A stretch of 64,000 nucleotides of DNA from Escherichia coli (GTDB lineage: Bacteria > Pseudomonadota > Gammaproteobacteria > Enterobacterales > Enterobacteriaceae), in NCBI RefSeq assembly GCF_003334385.1, contig NZ_QOWN01000021.1; one strand, written 5' to 3'. Positions 33,782 through 47,432 of this stretch are shown here, piece by piece (position 1 is the first letter of the stretch; each line of letters begins with the position of its first letter). The notes beneath the pieces were generated by a model. It was given only the letters and a program-made list of their open reading frames with translations. It had not been told where the DNA came from and did no database searches. The position numbers and the translations under genes were made by a program.

Positions 33782-34894
33782 TTACACGCTTTTCGACAAC
33801 ATTTTCCTGTGGGTGTGGATTGACATTACAATCCCGAACCCAGCCATCAGCACAATTAGCGCCGATCCTCCATAACTGACCAGTGGGAGCGGAACCCCTA
33901 CAACCGGCAGAATACCGCTTACCATACCAATATTTACGAAGACATAAACGAATAATATCAGCATTAAGCCGCCAGCCATGACGCGACCAAAGGTGGTTTG
34001 CGCTCTGGCGGCTATCCACAGCCCGCGCATGATCAGCAGAATGTAGAGAGCGAGCAGAATCAGAATGCCCACTAATCCCAGCTCTTCCGCCAGTACCGCG
34101 AAGATAAAGTCAGTATGGCGTTCGGGGAGAAATTCAAGCTGTGACTGAGTGCCGTGCAGCCAGCCTTTGCCGCGTAATCCGCCGGAGCCAATAGCAATTT
34201 TAGACTGAATAATGTGATAGCCCGCGCCGAGTGGGTCTGATTCCGGGTCCAGGAGCATCATTACGCGCTGGCGCTGGTAATCATGCATCAGGAAGAACCA
34301 CAGAATCGGAATGAACGCCGCTACCAGCACTACTGCGACGCCAATCAGACGCCAGCTAAGGCCAGAGAGGAACAGTACAAACAGACCGGAAAGCGCAACG
34401 AGGATTGATGTTCCCAGGTCAGGCTGTGCAGCCACCAGCAGCGTGGGCATAAATATCAGCACCAGCGCGATGCCAGTGTTCTTCAACGATGGCGGGCAAA
34501 CGTCGCGGTTGATAAAGCGCGCAACCATCAGTGGTACGGCTATTTTGGCAATTTCCGACGGCTGAAAACGAACAATACCGAGGTCCAGCCAGCGTTGAGC
34601 ACCTTTAGAGATGGCACCGAAAGCATCTACCGCCACCAGCAAAATAATACAGATGATATAGAGATAGGGGGCCCAGCCTTCATAAACGCGTGGAGGAATT
34701 TGCGCCATCACCACCATGATGACCAGACCCATCGCGATTTGGCCGATTTTACGCTCCATCATGCCAATATCCTGACCGCTGGCGCTCCAGATAACCAGGG
34801 CGCTGTAAACCAGCAATGCCAGTAAGATCAGCAGCATTGTGGGATCGAGATGGACTTTATCCCAGAATGTTTTTTTATTCGGATTATCCGTCAT
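33782..34894 (-). CDS. mrdB: Peptidoglycan glycosyltransferase RodA (SEDS family)
   Basis: 370-aa polytopic membrane ORF immediately downstream of mrdA. Confidence 0.9.
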   Translation of the reverse strand: MTDNPNKKTFWDKVHLDPTMLLILLALLVYSALVIWSASGQDIGMMERKIGQIAMGLVIMVVMAQIPPRVYEGWAPYLYIICIILLVAVDAFGAISKGAQRWLDLGIVRFQPSEIAKIAVPLMVARFINRDVCPPSLKNTGIALVLIFMPTLLVAAQPDLGTSILVALSGLFVLFLSGLSWRLIGVAVVLVAAFIPILWFFLMHDYQRQRVMMLLDPESDPLGAGYHIIQSKIAIGSGGLRGKGWLHGTQSQLEFLPERHTDFIFAVLAEELGLVGILILLALYILLIMRGLWIAARAQTTFGRVMAGGLMLILFVYVFVNIGMVSGILPVVGVPLPLVSYGGSALIVLMAGFGIVMSIHTHRKMLSKSV

Positions 34895-34896
34895 GA

Positions 34897-36798
34897 TTAA
34901 TGGTCCTCCGCTGCGGCAACCGCTGGATTTTCCGCAGGCAGATCGGTGTTGTTATCACCCAGCATAATGTGGTCGAGGATCTGGCGCATCAGTGTACCAA
35001 CCGCCGGACCCGCACCACCGTTCTCCAGAATCATGGCGACAGCCACTTGCGGATTGTTGTATGGCGCAAAGGCGGTCATCAGTTTGTGGTCACGTAAACG
35101 CTCGGCAATTTTGTGCGCATTATAGGTTTCGTTCGCTTTCAGACCGAAGACCTGAGCGGTACCGGATTTCGCCGCAATTTTGTACGGTGCGCTAGCAAAG
35201 TATTTATGCGCCGTACCGTTAGGGCGGTTAGCAACACCGTACATACCGTCTTTCGCCAGCTCCCAGTAACCGGAATGAATATCGCCGACGGGCGGTTCAT
35301 GCGGCTGTACCCATGGCACCTGTTTGCCGTCTTCGGCGGTGCTCATCAGCAAATGAGGAACCTTCACGATACCGTCATTAATCAGGATCATCAGTGCCTT
35401 ACTCATCTGGATTGGGGTCGCTGTCCAGTAACCCTGACCGATACCAACCGGAATGGTGTCACCCTGATACCACGGTTTTTTAAAGCGTTTCTGTTTCCAT
35501 TCGCGGGTAGGCATGTTGCCGGAACGTTCTTCCGCCAGGTCGATACCGGTGTAATGACCATAACCGAATTTACCCATCCATTCGGAGAGGCGATCGATCC
35601 CCATATCGTAGGCCACCTGATAGAAGAAGGTATCCGCAGATTCTTCCAGCGATCTTGTGACATTCAGACGCCCGTGGCCCCATTTTTTCCAGTCACGATA
35701 ACGTTTTTCCGAACCTGGCAGTTGCCACCAGCCTGGGTCAAACAGCGTCGTATTGCGCGTGATCACCCCGGCGCTCAATGCCGAAACCGCCACATAGGGT
35801 TTAACTGTAGACGCGGGAGGATAAACCCCCTGTGTGGCGCGGTTCACCAGCGGTGTATTCGGATCGTTCAACAAGGCGGAATAATCTTTGCTGGAGATAC
35901 CGTCAACAAACAAGTTTGGGTCATAACTAGGCGTGGAAACCAGCGCCAGCACCCCACCTGTACGCGGATCGGTGACTACCACAGCTGCGCGGCTACCCGC
36001 CAGCAGCGTTTCAATATATTGCTGGAGTTTGAGATCCAGCGTCAGGTAAATATCGTGTCCGGCTTGCGGTGGTACTTCTTTTAACTGGCGAATAACACGC
36101 CCACGGTTGTTAACTTCAACCTCTTCATAACCGGTCTGACCGTGCAGCACATCTTCATAGTAACGCTCAATGCCCAGCTTACCGATATCATGCGTTGCCG
36201 CATAGTTGGCCAGTTTGCCGTCATTATTCAGGCGTTCGACGTCTTTATCGTTGATTTTCGACACATAGCCGATGACGTGGGTCAACGCCGAACCGTAAGG
36301 ATAGTAACGACGTTTATAGCCTTTAACTTCGACACCCGGAAAACGGTACTGATTGACGGCAAAGCGAGCTACTTGTACTTCGGTCAGGTTAGTTTTCACC
36401 GGAATAGAGGTGAAACGGTGTGAACGTGCGCGCTCTTTTCGGAATGCAGCAATATCGTCATCGGTCAGATCTACCACGCTGCGCAAAGCGTCCAGCGTTT
36501 GCTGCACGTTATCGACTTTCTCCGGCATCATTTCTATCTGGTAGATAGTGCGGTTGAGGGCCAGAGGGATACCGTTACGATCGTAGATAATGCCGCGGCT
36601 GGGCGCGATAGGCACCAGCTTAATGCGGTTTTCATTAGAGCGGGTCTGGTAGTCGGTAAAGCGAACAATTTGCAGATTATACAGGTTGGCGATAAGCACG
36701 CCGGTCAGCAGCAAAATCCCCAAAAAGGCGACCAGCGCCCGGCGCACAAACAGCGCGGACTCTGCCGTATAGTCGCGAAAAGAGTTCTGTAGTTTCAT
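34897..36798 (-). CDS. mrdA: Penicillin-binding protein 2 (elongasome transpeptidase)
   Basis: 633-aa ORF; transpeptidase motifs STVK, SGT/KSGTA. Confidence 0.95.
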   Translation of the reverse strand: MKLQNSFRDYTAESALFVRRALVAFLGILLLTGVLIANLYNLQIVRFTDYQTRSNENRIKLVPIAPSRGIIYDRNGIPLALNRTIYQIEMMPEKVDNVQQTLDALRSVVDLTDDDIAAFRKERARSHRFTSIPVKTNLTEVQVARFAVNQYRFPGVEVKGYKRRYYPYGSALTHVIGYVSKINDKDVERLNNDGKLANYAATHDIGKLGIERYYEDVLHGQTGYEEVEVNNRGRVIRQLKEVPPQAGHDIYLTLDLKLQQYIETLLAGSRAAVVVTDPRTGGVLALVSTPSYDPNLFVDGISSKDYSALLNDPNTPLVNRATQGVYPPASTVKPYVAVSALSAGVITRNTTLFDPGWWQLPGSEKRYRDWKKWGHGRLNVTRSLEESADTFFYQVAYDMGIDRLSEWMGKFGYGHYTGIDLAEERSGNMPTREWKQKRFKKPWYQGDTIPVGIGQGYWTATPIQMSKALMILINDGIVKVPHLLMSTAEDGKQVPWVQPHEPPVGDIHSGYWELAKDGMYGVANRPNGTAHKYFASAPYKIAAKSGTAQVFGLKANETYNAHKIAERLRDHKLMTAFAPYNNPQVAVAMILENGGAGPAVGTLMRQILDHIMLGDNNTDLPAENPAVAAAEDH

Positions 36799-36828
36799 CC
36801 GCTGCGTTTTCTACTCAAAGCTCCCTTA

Positions 36829-37296
36829 TCACTCACGGTGATAAGGATGGTTGGTGGTGATGCTCCACGCCCGGTACAGACTCTCTGCGACCAGCACGCG
36901 AACCAGCGGATGGGGGAGGGTAAGCGCCGACAGCGACCAGCTCTGCTCAGCCGCCGCTTTACAGGCAGGCGACAACCCTTCAGGCCCGCCAATCAGTAGA
37001 CTGACGTCGCGACCATCCAGCTTCCAGCGTTCCAGCTCAGCGGCTAACTGCGGCGTATCCCAGGGCTTGCCTGGAATATCGAGGGTGACAATGCGGTTTT
37101 TGCCTGCGGCCGCCAACATCTGCTCACCCTCTTTGTCGAGTATGCGCTTGATGTCCGCATTCTTGCCGCGTTTTCCGGCCGGAATTTCAATCAGCTCGAA
37201 GGGCATATCTTTCGGAAAACGACGCAGGTACTCGGTAAAACCGGTTTGTACCCAGTCCGGCATTTTCGTTCCCACGGCGACAAGTTGCAGCTTCAC
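36829..37296 (-). CDS. rlmH: 23S rRNA (pseudouridine1915-N3)-methyltransferase RlmH
   Basis: 155-aa SPOUT-family ORF. Confidence 0.9.
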
Positions 37297-37299
37297 GCA

Positions 37300-37635
<336 letters not shown>

Positions 37636-37876
37636 TCAAATAGATAAAAATGGTCTGTCAGTATACCTGAACCAGAGGCGATTTCGGGACAATTGTCGCC
37701 GAATCGGCTTTCGAAAGTGGGCTATCATCCCACCCCGCGCCGCAGATTGCATCGCCATTTTTGTAAAACAATTTCTACAAAGTCGTGTCTGGCGGAAAAA
37801 GTCTGGCTGCGGAGAATATCAGCCTGCCCGGGTCTGTCAATGGTCGTTGCGGCTTACCCGTAAAAAAACAGAAAAG

Positions 37877-38488
37877 TCATGCATTCTCGACCCCGATGGC
37901 ACGGCTATTGAGGACGCGTAGCGTCGCGAATTTTTGGTTGATATCAATGGCGCTCCAACACCCCTGGTCAACGCGAAAATGCCACATAGCCTCGGCAGGC
38001 ATGCCAATTAAACGGGCGATTAACAGACTCAGTACACCCTGATGGCTGACGACTAAAATATTCTGATAGTGCTGAAATTCACTAAGCCTTGCGATAAAGC
38101 GTTCCACACGTTGCGAAAATGCCTGAAATCCTTCACCGTTCGTGGGGATTGCATGCTGCCAGTCATTGCACCACGCGCTATAGTTTTCGGCATCTTCTTG
38201 CATGAGGTCGCGATGATGTCGCATCTCCCAGTCGCCAAAAAACATTTCGTTGAGTTCAGGTATGATTTGCACGGGGAGCTGGCGGTCACTGAGAACCAGT
38301 CGCGCGGTATGCTGTGCCCGTTCCAGTTCACTGCATAAAACCAGATCAAAGGAAACACCATGTAGCAGCGTATGCAGATTTTGCGCTTGCTCAATACCGC
38401 GCGCGGTCAGGGGGGTGGGCGCATGACCGCTGTAAAGACCATCGATATTCGCTTGCGTTTCACCATGACGAATTAACCACAGTCGCAT
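37877..38488 (-). CDS. cobC: Histidine-phosphatase-family adenosylcobalamin/alpha-ribazole phosphatase (CobC/PhpB)
   Basis: RHGE motif at the N-terminus (MRLWLIRHGETQ); start at second Met of ORF 37877-38491. Confidence 0.85.
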   Translation of the reverse strand: MRLWLIRHGETQANIDGLYSGHAPTPLTARGIEQAQNLHTLLHGVSFDLVLCSELERAQHTARLVLSDRQLPVQIIPELNEMFFGDWEMRHHRDLMQEDAENYSAWCNDWQHAIPTNGEGFQAFSQRVERFIARLSEFQHYQNILVVSHQGVLSLLIARLIGMPAEAMWHFRVDQGCWSAIDINQKFATLRVLNSRAIGVENA

Positions 38489-38511
38489 CATGCCCTCCGT
38501 AACGACAGGTA

Positions 38512-39153
38512 TCAGCGATACAAGCCTTGTTGGTTAATGTAAGTCAGTACCGGTTCCGGCAATAAATCCTCACATGATTCACCGTTTTGCAAACGTTCGC
38601 GGATGATGGTCGCCGAGATGTTAAACCACGGCGTTTCAGCCAGATAAATTTTACCGGCAGGCTGAAGGTGAAGATCTTCCGGGTTATGTGTCAAATGATC
38701 TTCCAGCCATTGCTGGTATTGCGGTTGCGCCATTTCAAGTGGGTAACCTGGACGCCGACAGACGATCAAATGTGCATTGTCGAGTATCGTTTCGTATTCG
38801 TACCAGGTCGGAAAGGTCAGCAGTGAATCCTGACCAATAATAAACGCCAGCGGCACGTCCGGTCCTTGTTCCTGCCGCCACTCTTTCAGTGTTTGCGCAG
38901 TGTAAGAGGGGGCATTGCGCTTTAGCTCGCGTTCATCAAGAGTAAATAATGGCTTGTCGGCAATCGCCAGTTCAAGCATGTGTTTACGCTGCACGCTGTT
39001 CGCTTCCGGCTGGGGACGATGCGGAGGAACATTATTAGGGATGATTGTGACCCGCGTCAGACCAATCAAATTCGCCAGCGTTTCCACGGGTTTTAGATGA
39101 CCATAGTGCACCGGATCAAAGGTGCCGCCAAACAGAGCCTGTAAAGATTTCAT
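38512..39153 (-). CDS. nadD: Nicotinate-nucleotide adenylyltransferase
   Basis: 213-aa [14 protein letters not shown] nucleotidyltransferase motif. Confidence 0.9.
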
Positions 39154-39154
39154 A

Positions 39155-40186
39155 TCAACCGTCGATAAATACGTCCGCCAGGGGTTTATGGCACAACAGA
39201 AGAGATAACCCTTCCAGCTCTGCCCACACTGACTGACCGTAATCTTGTTTGAGGGTGAGTTCCGTTCGTGTCAGGAGTTGCACGGCCTGACGTAACTGCG
39301 TCTGACTTAAGCGATTTAACGCCTCGCCCATCATGCCCCGGCGGTTCTGCCATACCCGATGCTTATCAAACAACGCACGCAGTGGCGTATGGGCAGACTG
39401 GCGTTTCAGGTTAACCAGTAACAACAGTTCACGTTGTAATGTGCGCAACAAAATAACCGGTTCGCTGCCTTCCAGACGCAGTTGCTGAAGAATATGCAAT
39501 GCGCGCTTACTTTTTCCCATCAACAAAGCATCAACCCAATGAAAAGGGGTGAAATGCGCGGCATCATTCACCGCCTGTTCAACGCGCGGTAATGTCAATT
39601 TGCCGTCTGGCCAGAGCAGCGATAAACGCTCCAGTGCCTGAGCCAGCGCCAGCAGGTTACCTTCATAACAGTAGCAGAGCACCTGATTTGCCGCGTCATC
39701 CAGTTCTAAGTTGAGCTGTTTTGCGCGCGCAGCAACCCAGCGGGGAAGCTGAGCCTGCTCCGGTGTCTGACAGGTCACCTGCACGCTGCGATTCGCAAGC
39801 GCAGTAAACCAGGCGGCATTTTCTTGCGCTTTGCTTAATTTATTACCGCGGACGATCAACAGCAGGTCGTCATGCAGAAGTCCGGTGAGTGTGAGAAGTT
39901 GCTCATTGATCGCCGCATTCGGTCCGTTTTCTGGTAACAACAGCAATAGCGTTTGTCGACTGGCAAACAGACTCATAGCCTGGCATAACGAAAAGATCGC
40001 ATTCCAGTCAGTGTTGGGATCAATGGAAAAAGTGTGGTGTTCTTCGAATCCTTGTGCCGCAGCTACCTGACGAACAGCGTCCTGGCTTTCCTGCAATAAC
40101 AGAGGATCGTTACCAAGTAAAAGATACGCCGCGCGCAGCCCTTCATTGAGCTGCGCGCGGAGTTGTTCCGGGTACAACCGAATCAT
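39155..40186 (-). CDS. holA: DNA polymerase III delta subunit
   Basis: 343-aa [33 protein letters not shown]... Confidence 0.9.
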
Positions 40187-40767
40187 CAGTTACCCAGCGT
40201 GGTGGAGACGCGTGCAGGCGTTGCCGGAGTATCCGTTGTGGTCGACGTCTGTTCTTCGTCGGAACGAATATCCGCAGCACGGATGCTTGGCAGCTTACGA
40301 ATCAGCTGTTCGGCAGCACGGTCGTACATCTCTTTTACGATCATGTCTTGTTCGTTATCTTTCGCTAACGCCATTTGCGGGTTATCGAAGAACGAACGGA
40401 AGACTTTGGCGCTAATCGGGTAGATATCACGGCCGGGGATCAACACGGTCGCATTAACCGTCATGATCATCTGATACTCTGCTGTTTGACCGTTACGGAA
40501 TACCGATGCGGTATCTTTCGCGATGCTCACTTTACCCAAACGCAAGGATGGAACGTCCTTACGCGTGGTTTCTTTATCAAGCAACTCGACACCATTCAGA
40601 CGTAACTGGTTACGCACCGCACGGCTTAATGGCCCGTTCGGATCGCCTGAGTCCAGGATCATGACCTTCATAGTGGAAGGAACCTGCGTGGTATCACGCA
40701 GATGCCAGCCACACCCGGCGGTGATTAACACCGCCAGAGATAACAACAATGTTGCCAGATATCGCAC
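40186..40767 (-). CDS. lptE: LPS assembly lipoprotein LptE
   Basis: 193-aa ORF with lipoprotein signal (LITAGCGWH); 1-bp overlap with holA. Confidence 0.9.
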
Positions 40768-40781
40768 GCTTCCTCCCGCGC

Positions 40782-43364
40782 TTAGCCAACGACCAGATTG
40801 AGGAGTTTACCTGGTACGTAAATCACTTTACGTACAGTAACGCCATCAAGATATTTTGCTACCAGATGTTCCTGGCCAGCACGTTCGCGAACCTGTTCTT
40901 CCGTTGCGTCCACCGGAACGGTGATTTTGGCACGGACTTTACCGTTAACCTGCACCACGACCAGCGTGGAGTCTTCCACCATCGCTTTTTCGTCAGCAAC
41001 CGGCCACGGCGCGTTGTCGATATCGCCTTCGCCTTTCAGTTCCTGCCACAGCGTGAAGCAGATGTGCGGGGTGAACGGGTTAAGCATACGGACAACGGCC
41101 AGCAGTGCTTCCTGCATCAGAGCGCGATCCTGCTCGCCATCGGTTGGTGCTTTCGCCAGTTTGTTCATCAGCTCCATAATCGCCGCAATTGCGGTGTTGA
41201 AGGTCTGACGACGGCCGATATCATCGGTCACTTTAGCGATCGTTTTATGCACATCGCGACGCAGCGCTTTCTGATTTTCAGTCAGCGCATCAACGTTCAG
41301 TGCCGCAACATCACCTTTTGCTGTGTGCTCGTAAACCAGTTTCCAGACACGTTTCAGGAAGCGGTTAGCCCCTTCCACACCGGATTCCTGCCATTCGAGA
41401 GTCATATCAGCCGGAGAAGCAAACATCATAAACAGACGAACGGTGTCCGCGCCGTAACGTTCAACCATCACCTGCGGGTCGATACCGTTGTTCTTCGACT
41501 TGGACATTTTGCTCATGCCGGTATAAACCAGTTCATGGCCTGCCGCATCTTTCGCTTTCACGATACGGCCTTTCTCGTCACGTTCAACGATAGCATCAAC
41601 CGGGGAAACCCAGTTACGTTCGCCGTTTTCGCCAACATAGTAGAAGGCATCTGCCAGCACCATACCCTGACACAGCAACTGTTTCGCTGGTTCGTCAGAG
41701 TTCACCATGCCTGCATCACGCATCAGTTTGTGGAAGAAGCGGAAGTAGAGCAGGTGCATAATGGCGTGTTCAATACCACCAATGTAGATATCCACCGGCA
41801 GCCAGTAGTTAGCCGCTTCGGAATCCAGCATACCTTCTTTGTACTGCGGGCAAGTGTAGCGCGCATAGTACCAGGAGGACTCCATAAAGGTGTCGAAAGT
41901 GTCGGTTTCACGCAGTGCTGGCATACCGTTAACGGTAGTTTTCGCCCACTCCGGATCTGCTTTAATCGGGCTGGTAATGCCGTCCATTACCACATCTTCC
42001 GGCAGGATCACCGGCAGCTGGTCGTCCGGGGTCGGCATTACGGTACCGTCTTCCAGCGTCACCATCGGAATCGGCGCGCCCCAGTAACGCTGACGGGAAA
42101 CCCCCCAGTCGCGCAGGCGGTAGTTCACTTTACGCTCGCCAACGCCCATCGCAGTCAGTTTATCGGCGATGGCGTTGAAGGCCGCTTCATGGTCAAGACC
42201 GTTGAACTCGCCAGAGTTGAACAGCACGCCTTTTTCAGTCAGGGCTTGCTGAGAAAGATCTGGCTCAGAGCCGTCAGCTGCCAGGATAACCGGTTTGATG
42301 TTCAGGCCGTATTTAGAGGCAAACTCGTAGTCGCGCTGGTCGTGCCCCGGTACCGCCATAACTGCGCCCGTGCCGTACTCCATCAATACGAAGTTTGCTG
42401 CCCAAACGGGAATTTCTTCGCCCGTTAATGGGTGAACCGCTTTAAAGCCAGTATCGACGCCTTTTTTCTCCATCGTCGCCATTTCAGCTTCGGCAACTTT
42501 GGTGTTACGGCATTCGTCAATAAAGGCCGCCAGTTCAGGATTATTTTCCGCCGCTTTCTGCGCCAGCGGATGACCCGCAGCTACCGCCAGGTAGGTACAA
42601 CCCATAAAGGTGTCCGGGCGGGTAGTGTAAACGGTCAGCGTGTTGTCATAGTCGTTAACGTTGAAGGTGATCTCCACGCCTTCGGAACGACCGATCCAGT
42701 TACGCTGCATGGTTTTAACGGTGTCTGGCCAGTGATCCAGTTTATCCAGATCGTTGAGCAGCTCGTCAGCGTAAGCAGTGATTTTGATAAACCACTGCGG
42801 GATCTCTTTACGTTCAACTTTGGTATCGCAGCGCCAGCAGCAGCCGTCGATAACTTGTTCGTTCGCCAGTACGGTCTGGTCGTTCGGGCACCAGTTGACC
42901 GCAGAAGTCTTCTTATATACCAGGCCTTTTTTATACAGCTCGGTGAAGAATTTCTGTTCCCAACGGTAGTATTCCGGCGTACAGGTTGCCAGCTCGCGGC
43001 TCCAGTCATAACCAAAGCCCAGCATTTTGAGCTGGTTTTTCATATACGCGATGTTGTCGTACGTCCACGGTGCCGGAGCGGTGTTGTTTTTCACCGCCGC
43101 GCCTTCCGCAGGCAGACCAAACGCGTCCCAGCCGATCGGCTGCAGGACGTTTTTGCCCAGCATACGCTGGTAGCGGGCGATCACGTCACCGATGGTGTAG
43201 TTACGTACGTGGCCCATGTGTAGTCGACCAGAAGGATAGGGAAGCATAGACAGGCAGTAATACTTCTCTTTGCTCTCGTCTTCGGTTACTTCAAATGTGC
43301 GCTTCTCATCCCAATGAAGCTGTACTTTGGATTCTATCTCTTCCGGGCGGTATTGCTCTTGCAT
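40782..43364 (-). CDS. leuS: Leucine--tRNA ligase
   Basis: Start set at [20 protein letters not shown] (860 aa) within ORF 40782-43505; HMGH and KMSKS motifs. Confidence 0.95.
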
Positions 43365-43598
43365 GGCAGCCAGTGGTCCTGTTTTCAATACGGCTACAAA
43401 TGTAGCGTTGAGGTGGTTTTTCAGATCCGCATAGCATAGCCCAAACGTCCGCGTCAAAACAGCCTTTCGCGCACTCGACGTTGAAATGATGCCCGGATTA
43501 TTCATACATTAATTTACAGAGTTTGTGGGCGTATTAGCAAAGCAAGGAACAAAGAACGTCTATTATTATAGTCAGTTAACGACCCGGGAGATGAAACG

Positions 43599-44081
43599 AT
43601 GAACAAGGTTGCTCAATATTACCGTGAACTGGTTGCGTCACTGAGCGAACGCCTGCGCAATGGCGAACGTGATATCGACGCACTGGTGGAACAGGCGCGC
43701 GAGCGCGTAATAAAAACAGGGGAGTTAACGCGAACCGAGGTCGATGAGCTGACGCGAGCTGTCAGACGTGACCTGGAAGAGTTCGCCATGAGCTATGAAG
43801 AGAGCCTGAAAGAAGAATCTGACAGCGTCTTTATGCGGGTGATTAAAGAAAGCTTGTGGCAGGAGCTGGCAGACATCACCGATAAAACGCAGCTTGAATG
43901 GCGCGAAGTTTTCCAGGACCTCAATCATCATGGGGTTTATCACAGCGGAGAAGTGGTCGGGCTGGGAAATCTGGTCTGCGAGAAATGTCACTTCCATCTC
44001 CCGATCTACACACCGGAAGTGCTGACGCTATGCCCGAAATGTGGTCATGACCAGTTCCAGAGACGCCCGTTTGAGCCGTAA
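43599..44081 (+). CDS. ybeL: DUF1451-family protein YbeL with C-terminal Cys-rich zinc-ribbon-like motif
   Basis: 160-aa ORF; CEKCHFH...CPKCGH Cys pairs. Confidence 0.85.
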   Translation: MNKVAQYYRELVASLSERLRNGERDIDALVEQARERVIKTGELTRTEVDELTRAVRRDLEEFAMSYEESLKEESDSVFMRVIKESLWQELADITDKTQLEWREVFQDLNHHGVYHSGEVVGLGNLVCEKCHFHLPIYTPEVLTLCPKCGHDQFQRRPFEP

Positions 44082-44113
44082 TAGTCTGATTTCGCACAGC
44101 AATAAAGAGAATA

Positions 44114-44146
44114 TGGGCCGAATGAAATTCCCCGGCCCTTGTTTTT
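44114..44146 (+). terminator. Putative terminator downstream of ybeL
   Basis: gggccgaatgaaattccccggccc hairpin followed by ttgttttta. Confidence 0.45.
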
Positions 44147-44150
44147 ATCT

Positions 44151-45128
44151 CTACAGTAAATCTTCAGTCTCACGAATTTCCTGACTGACATCTCTGGTTC
44201 CGGATGACTGAACTTTACGATACAGGTCGAGAGCCTGTCGGAGATCGACAGGTCTTCCTTCTCCGTAGTGATACATAATGGCCAGGTTATACCAGGCAGT
44301 GGCGTCATTGCATTCAGCGGCTTTCGTAAACCATTCAAAGGCAGCCTGATAATCTTTCTCAACGCCTTGTCCGTGTTTATACATATAACCGATGTTGACG
44401 TAAGCGCCGACGCTCCCCTGAGCGGCAGCCTTCAGATACCAGTACATCGCTTGCTTATAGTCCTGGTCCACCCCTTCGCCAGCGTTATAATCCCATGCAA
44501 TTTGAAACTGGGCGTGCCGATTACCCTGCTGTGCGCTTTTCAAATACCAGAATGCGGCGAGTGTCTTGTTTTGAGCAACGCCTTTTCCGTCTTCATAAAG
44601 ATCGGCCAGATTGTTTTGCGCGTCACTATGGCCTTGTAATGCAGCTTGTTTGTACCAGAAAAATGCCAGCGCATAGTCTTTTGCGACTCCGTTGCCATTT
44701 CTGTACATCCACCCAAGATTATTTTGCGCATAAGACATTCCGCTCTCCGCGGCTATCTGATACCAGACAACCGCTTCTTTATAATTGGGGGCTTCTCCAC
44801 GATCCAGTGTCCAGCCAAGGGCGTTGGAAGCGAAAGTATGGCCTTGTAGGGCAGCTTTTTTCAGCCAGAAGATGGCTTGCTCATTATCTTTATGACGGCT
44901 TTTATCCTCGGTATACTTTTGCCCTAAGGAATACTGTGCTTCACAATGACCTTGCTCAGCGGCCAGCTTCAGCCAGTAAAAGGCTTTTTCGTCGTCCGGA
45001 GAATCAATTGCGCTATCGCGATTATAATAAAACCCAACAATATATTGAGCCTCGCAATCGCCTTTTTCAGCACGTTCGATAATCTCATCTATTGATAAAT
45101 TATCGCAGCAACTTGACGTGAAAATCAT
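44151..45128 (-). CDS. ybeQ: Sel1-like repeat (TPR-like) protein, cytoplasmic
   Basis: ORF 44151-45134; repeated ~36-aa Sel1-type units (e.g. AQYSLGQKY..., AQNNLGWMYRNGNGVAKD...); no signal peptide. Confidence 0.85.
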   Translation of the reverse strand: MIFTSSCCDNLSIDEIIERAEKGDCEAQYIVGFYYNRDSAIDSPDDEKAFYWLKLAAEQGHCEAQYSLGQKYTEDKSRHKDNEQAIFWLKKAALQGHTFASNALGWTLDRGEAPNYKEAVVWYQIAAESGMSYAQNNLGWMYRNGNGVAKDYALAFFWYKQAALQGHSDAQNNLADLYEDGKGVAQNKTLAAFWYLKSAQQGNRHAQFQIAWDYNAGEGVDQDYKQAMYWYLKAAAQGSVGAYVNIGYMYKHGQGVEKDYQAAFEWFTKAAECNDATAWYNLAIMYHYGEGRPVDLRQALDLYRKVQSSGTRDVSQEIRETEDLL

Positions 45129-45291
45129 TATCATTTCCTTATGGTTGCAGATAAAACATATTATATTTTTATGTGTTCCATTTTTGCGTAAGCCTTATTT
45201 TATGCGTATTATGTCGCGTCAGAAAAGTATAAATAAACGAGCCTCGCAATGCGGCTAATATTCATTTAATGAATATTTAAGGATAAATTAT

Positions 45292-45999
45292 ATGGACATG
45301 GAGTCGCAAAAAATATTGTTTGCACTTTCCACTCCGATGGAAATACGCAATGAATGCTGTTTACCTTCGCATTCATCACCCAAAATGTATTTAGGTACAT
45401 GCTTTTTTGACCTTTCTTCCTCATGGGGAATTGATGACCGTGATGACCTGCTGCGCACAATTCACCGAATGATCGATAACGGTCATGCCGCTCGGTTGGC
45501 AGGGTTTTATCACCGCTGGTTTCGTTATTCGCCATGTGAATGGCGTGACTATCTTGCTGAACTAAATGAGCAAGGTCAGGCTTATGCGCAATTTGTCGCC
45601 AGCACCGCCGAATGCTGTGGCGAAGGGGGAATCAAAGCCTGGGATTATGTCCGGATGGGTTTTTTAAGCCGAATGGGCGTACTTAATAACTGGTTGAGCG
45701 AAGAAGAAAGTCTATGGATCCAGTCGCGCATTCATCTACGGGCTCTACGTTATTATAGTAACTGGCGGCAATACTTTGCCGGTTATACCTTTGGTCGGCA
45801 ATATTGGCAGTCTCCCGAAGATGATCATCTGCCTTTATTACGCGAATTCTTAGCGCGTAAAGAATACGACGATTCCGGCAATGATATGTTTTATCAATTA
45901 TTTGCCAGTGATGATGCGTATTACCCTACCTTGTCCTGGCAACCATTGGCTTACTATTCTGCATGCCCGGAAACGCTTAAGGATATGAGCGACCTATGA
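45292..45999 (+). CDS. ybeR: DUF1266-family protein, paralog of YbeU
   Basis: 235-aa ORF; stop overlaps djlB start (ATGA); ~60% identity by eye to the ybeU product. Confidence 0.85.
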   Translation: MDMESQKILFALSTPMEIRNECCLPSHSSPKMYLGTCFFDLSSSWGIDDRDDLLRTIHRMIDNGHAARLAGFYHRWFRYSPCEWRDYLAELNEQGQAYAQFVASTAECCGEGGIKAWDYVRMGFLSRMGVLNNWLSEEESLWIQSRIHLRALRYYSNWRQYFAGYTFGRQYWQSPEDDHLPLLREFLARKEYDDSGNDMFYQLFASDDAYYPTLSWQPLAYYSACPETLKDMSDL

Positions 46000-47423
46000 A
46001 AAATTGCTGGAAGATCCTCGATATAGAGGAAACGACTGACGTCGATATTATCCGCCGCGCTTATCTGGCGCTGTTACCGTCCTTTCATCCAGAAACCGAT
46101 CCGCAGGGTTTTAAACAACTTCGTCAGGCGTATGAGGAGGCGCTACGGATTGCGCAGTCGCCTGCTAAATCTGTTTGGCAACCAGAAGAATATGAGGTAG
46201 CAGAACATGAAATTCTGCTCGCCTTTCGTGCGTTACTTGCCTCTGATAGTGAACGTTTTCTGCCCTCCGCCTGGCAGCGATTCATTCAGCAATTAAATTA
46301 TTGCTCGATGGAGGATATTGATGAATTACGCTGGTCGCTGTGCACAATCGCCATGAACACTGCCCATTTATCCTTCGAGTGCGTGGTGTTATTAGCAGAA
46401 AGATTGCGGTGGTTACAGGAGGAAAATACCGGGGAAATAGACGAAGAAGAACTGGAATCCTTTTTATATGCCATTGCGAAGGGGAATGTTTTTAACTTCC
46501 AGACCATTCTGCATCTGCCCGTTGCCGTGCAAAATGACACCATCGATTTTTACCCAATGTTCGCTCGGATTTGGTCATCGCATCCACAATGGCTGACATT
46601 GTATTTAGCGCAACATCGCGCAGTGATTATCCCCGATGATGCAAAACTGCACAGAAATTTACTCCGCTGGTATAGCGCAGGTCGCCTGGATATCCCCGAA
46701 CTTCTGGATTACGCCCAGTCATGGCGGGAAACTGAACCTGATAATGAAGATGCGCCTTATTATGAATACGCGCAACGCGTCTATTGTGGAGAAGGCGAAA
46801 GCCTGTTGGCAGAACTTTGTGACTACTGGCGCGAGTATCCCTCCACCCAGGCGGATGCTTTAATGTTGCAATGGTGCCGTCAGCATCGGGTCGATTATTA
46901 CCCATTACTGGTGATGATGATTGAAGCGCGTGATCTGGTTAACGATCAGGGAAAACCGCTACTTTATGTCCCCGGCGACAGCGCCCGTACGCGTTTTCAT
47001 TTATACGAAATACTCAGCGATGAAAAACTCTCTGCGCTGGGGCGTTCACTGGTCGAGATGGTTTTGCACAAAGGACGTAAGCCGCGGATCTCACTCACGC
47101 GTGATACAGAACATACCTTATGGCCATTATATCTAGTTGCCAAACAATTAGTGCAGGCCTGCCAACCTACAGAAGAATCATTAATGCCGATTGTGAGCCG
47201 CCTTGATGCAGAAAATCGTTGTCCACTGGAAGCATTAATTATTCGTCGATTATTAATTCAGGCGGCGAATTTTACCGAGAAGCAAACTGTTGAACCGGAG
47301 CCGCAACCGCAGCCAATGCCCGTTGACGATGGTGGGCCAGGCTGTCTGGGCATCATTAAAATTATTTTCTATATTTTTATCTTTGCTGGTTTGATAGGGA
47401 AAATACTCCATCTGTTCGGGTGA
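45996..47423 (+). CDS. djlB: Tail-anchored J-domain co-chaperone DjlB (HscC partner)
   Basis: 475-aa ORF; N-terminal J-like domain ([23 protein letters not shown]) and C-terminal hydrophobic anchor ([23 protein letters not shown]). Confidence 0.85.
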   Translation: MKNCWKILDIEETTDVDIIRRAYLALLPSFHPETDPQGFKQLRQAYEEALRIAQSPAKSVWQPEEYEVAEHEILLAFRALLASDSERFLPSAWQRFIQQLNYCSMEDIDELRWSLCTIAMNTAHLSFECVVLLAERLRWLQEENTGEIDEEELESFLYAIAKGNVFNFQTILHLPVAVQNDTIDFYPMFARIWSSHPQWLTLYLAQHRAVIIPDDAKLHRNLLRWYSAGRLDIPELLDYAQSWRETEPDNEDAPYYEYAQRVYCGEGESLLAELCDYWREYPSTQADALMLQWCRQHRVDYYPLLVMMIEARDLVNDQGKPLLYVPGDSARTRFHLYEILSDEKLSALGRSLVEMVLHKGRKPRISLTRDTEHTLWPLYLVAKQLVQACQPTEESLMPIVSRLDAENRCPLEALIIRRLLIQAANFTEKQTVEPEPQPQPMPVDDGGPGCLGIIKIIFYIFIFAGLIGKILHLFG

Positions 47424-47432
47424 CAGTCGACG

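Noticed and set aside
40749-42428. 559-aa plus-strand ORF antisense to leuS; similar long antisense ORFs at 16583-17977, 18153-19199, 35113-36084, 53114-53716 and 7492-8145
   Set aside because: Each lies entirely within a well-supported, highly conserved gene on the opposite strand. The translations are low-complexity and Arg/His-rich, as expected for shadow ORFs in GC-biased coding DNA.
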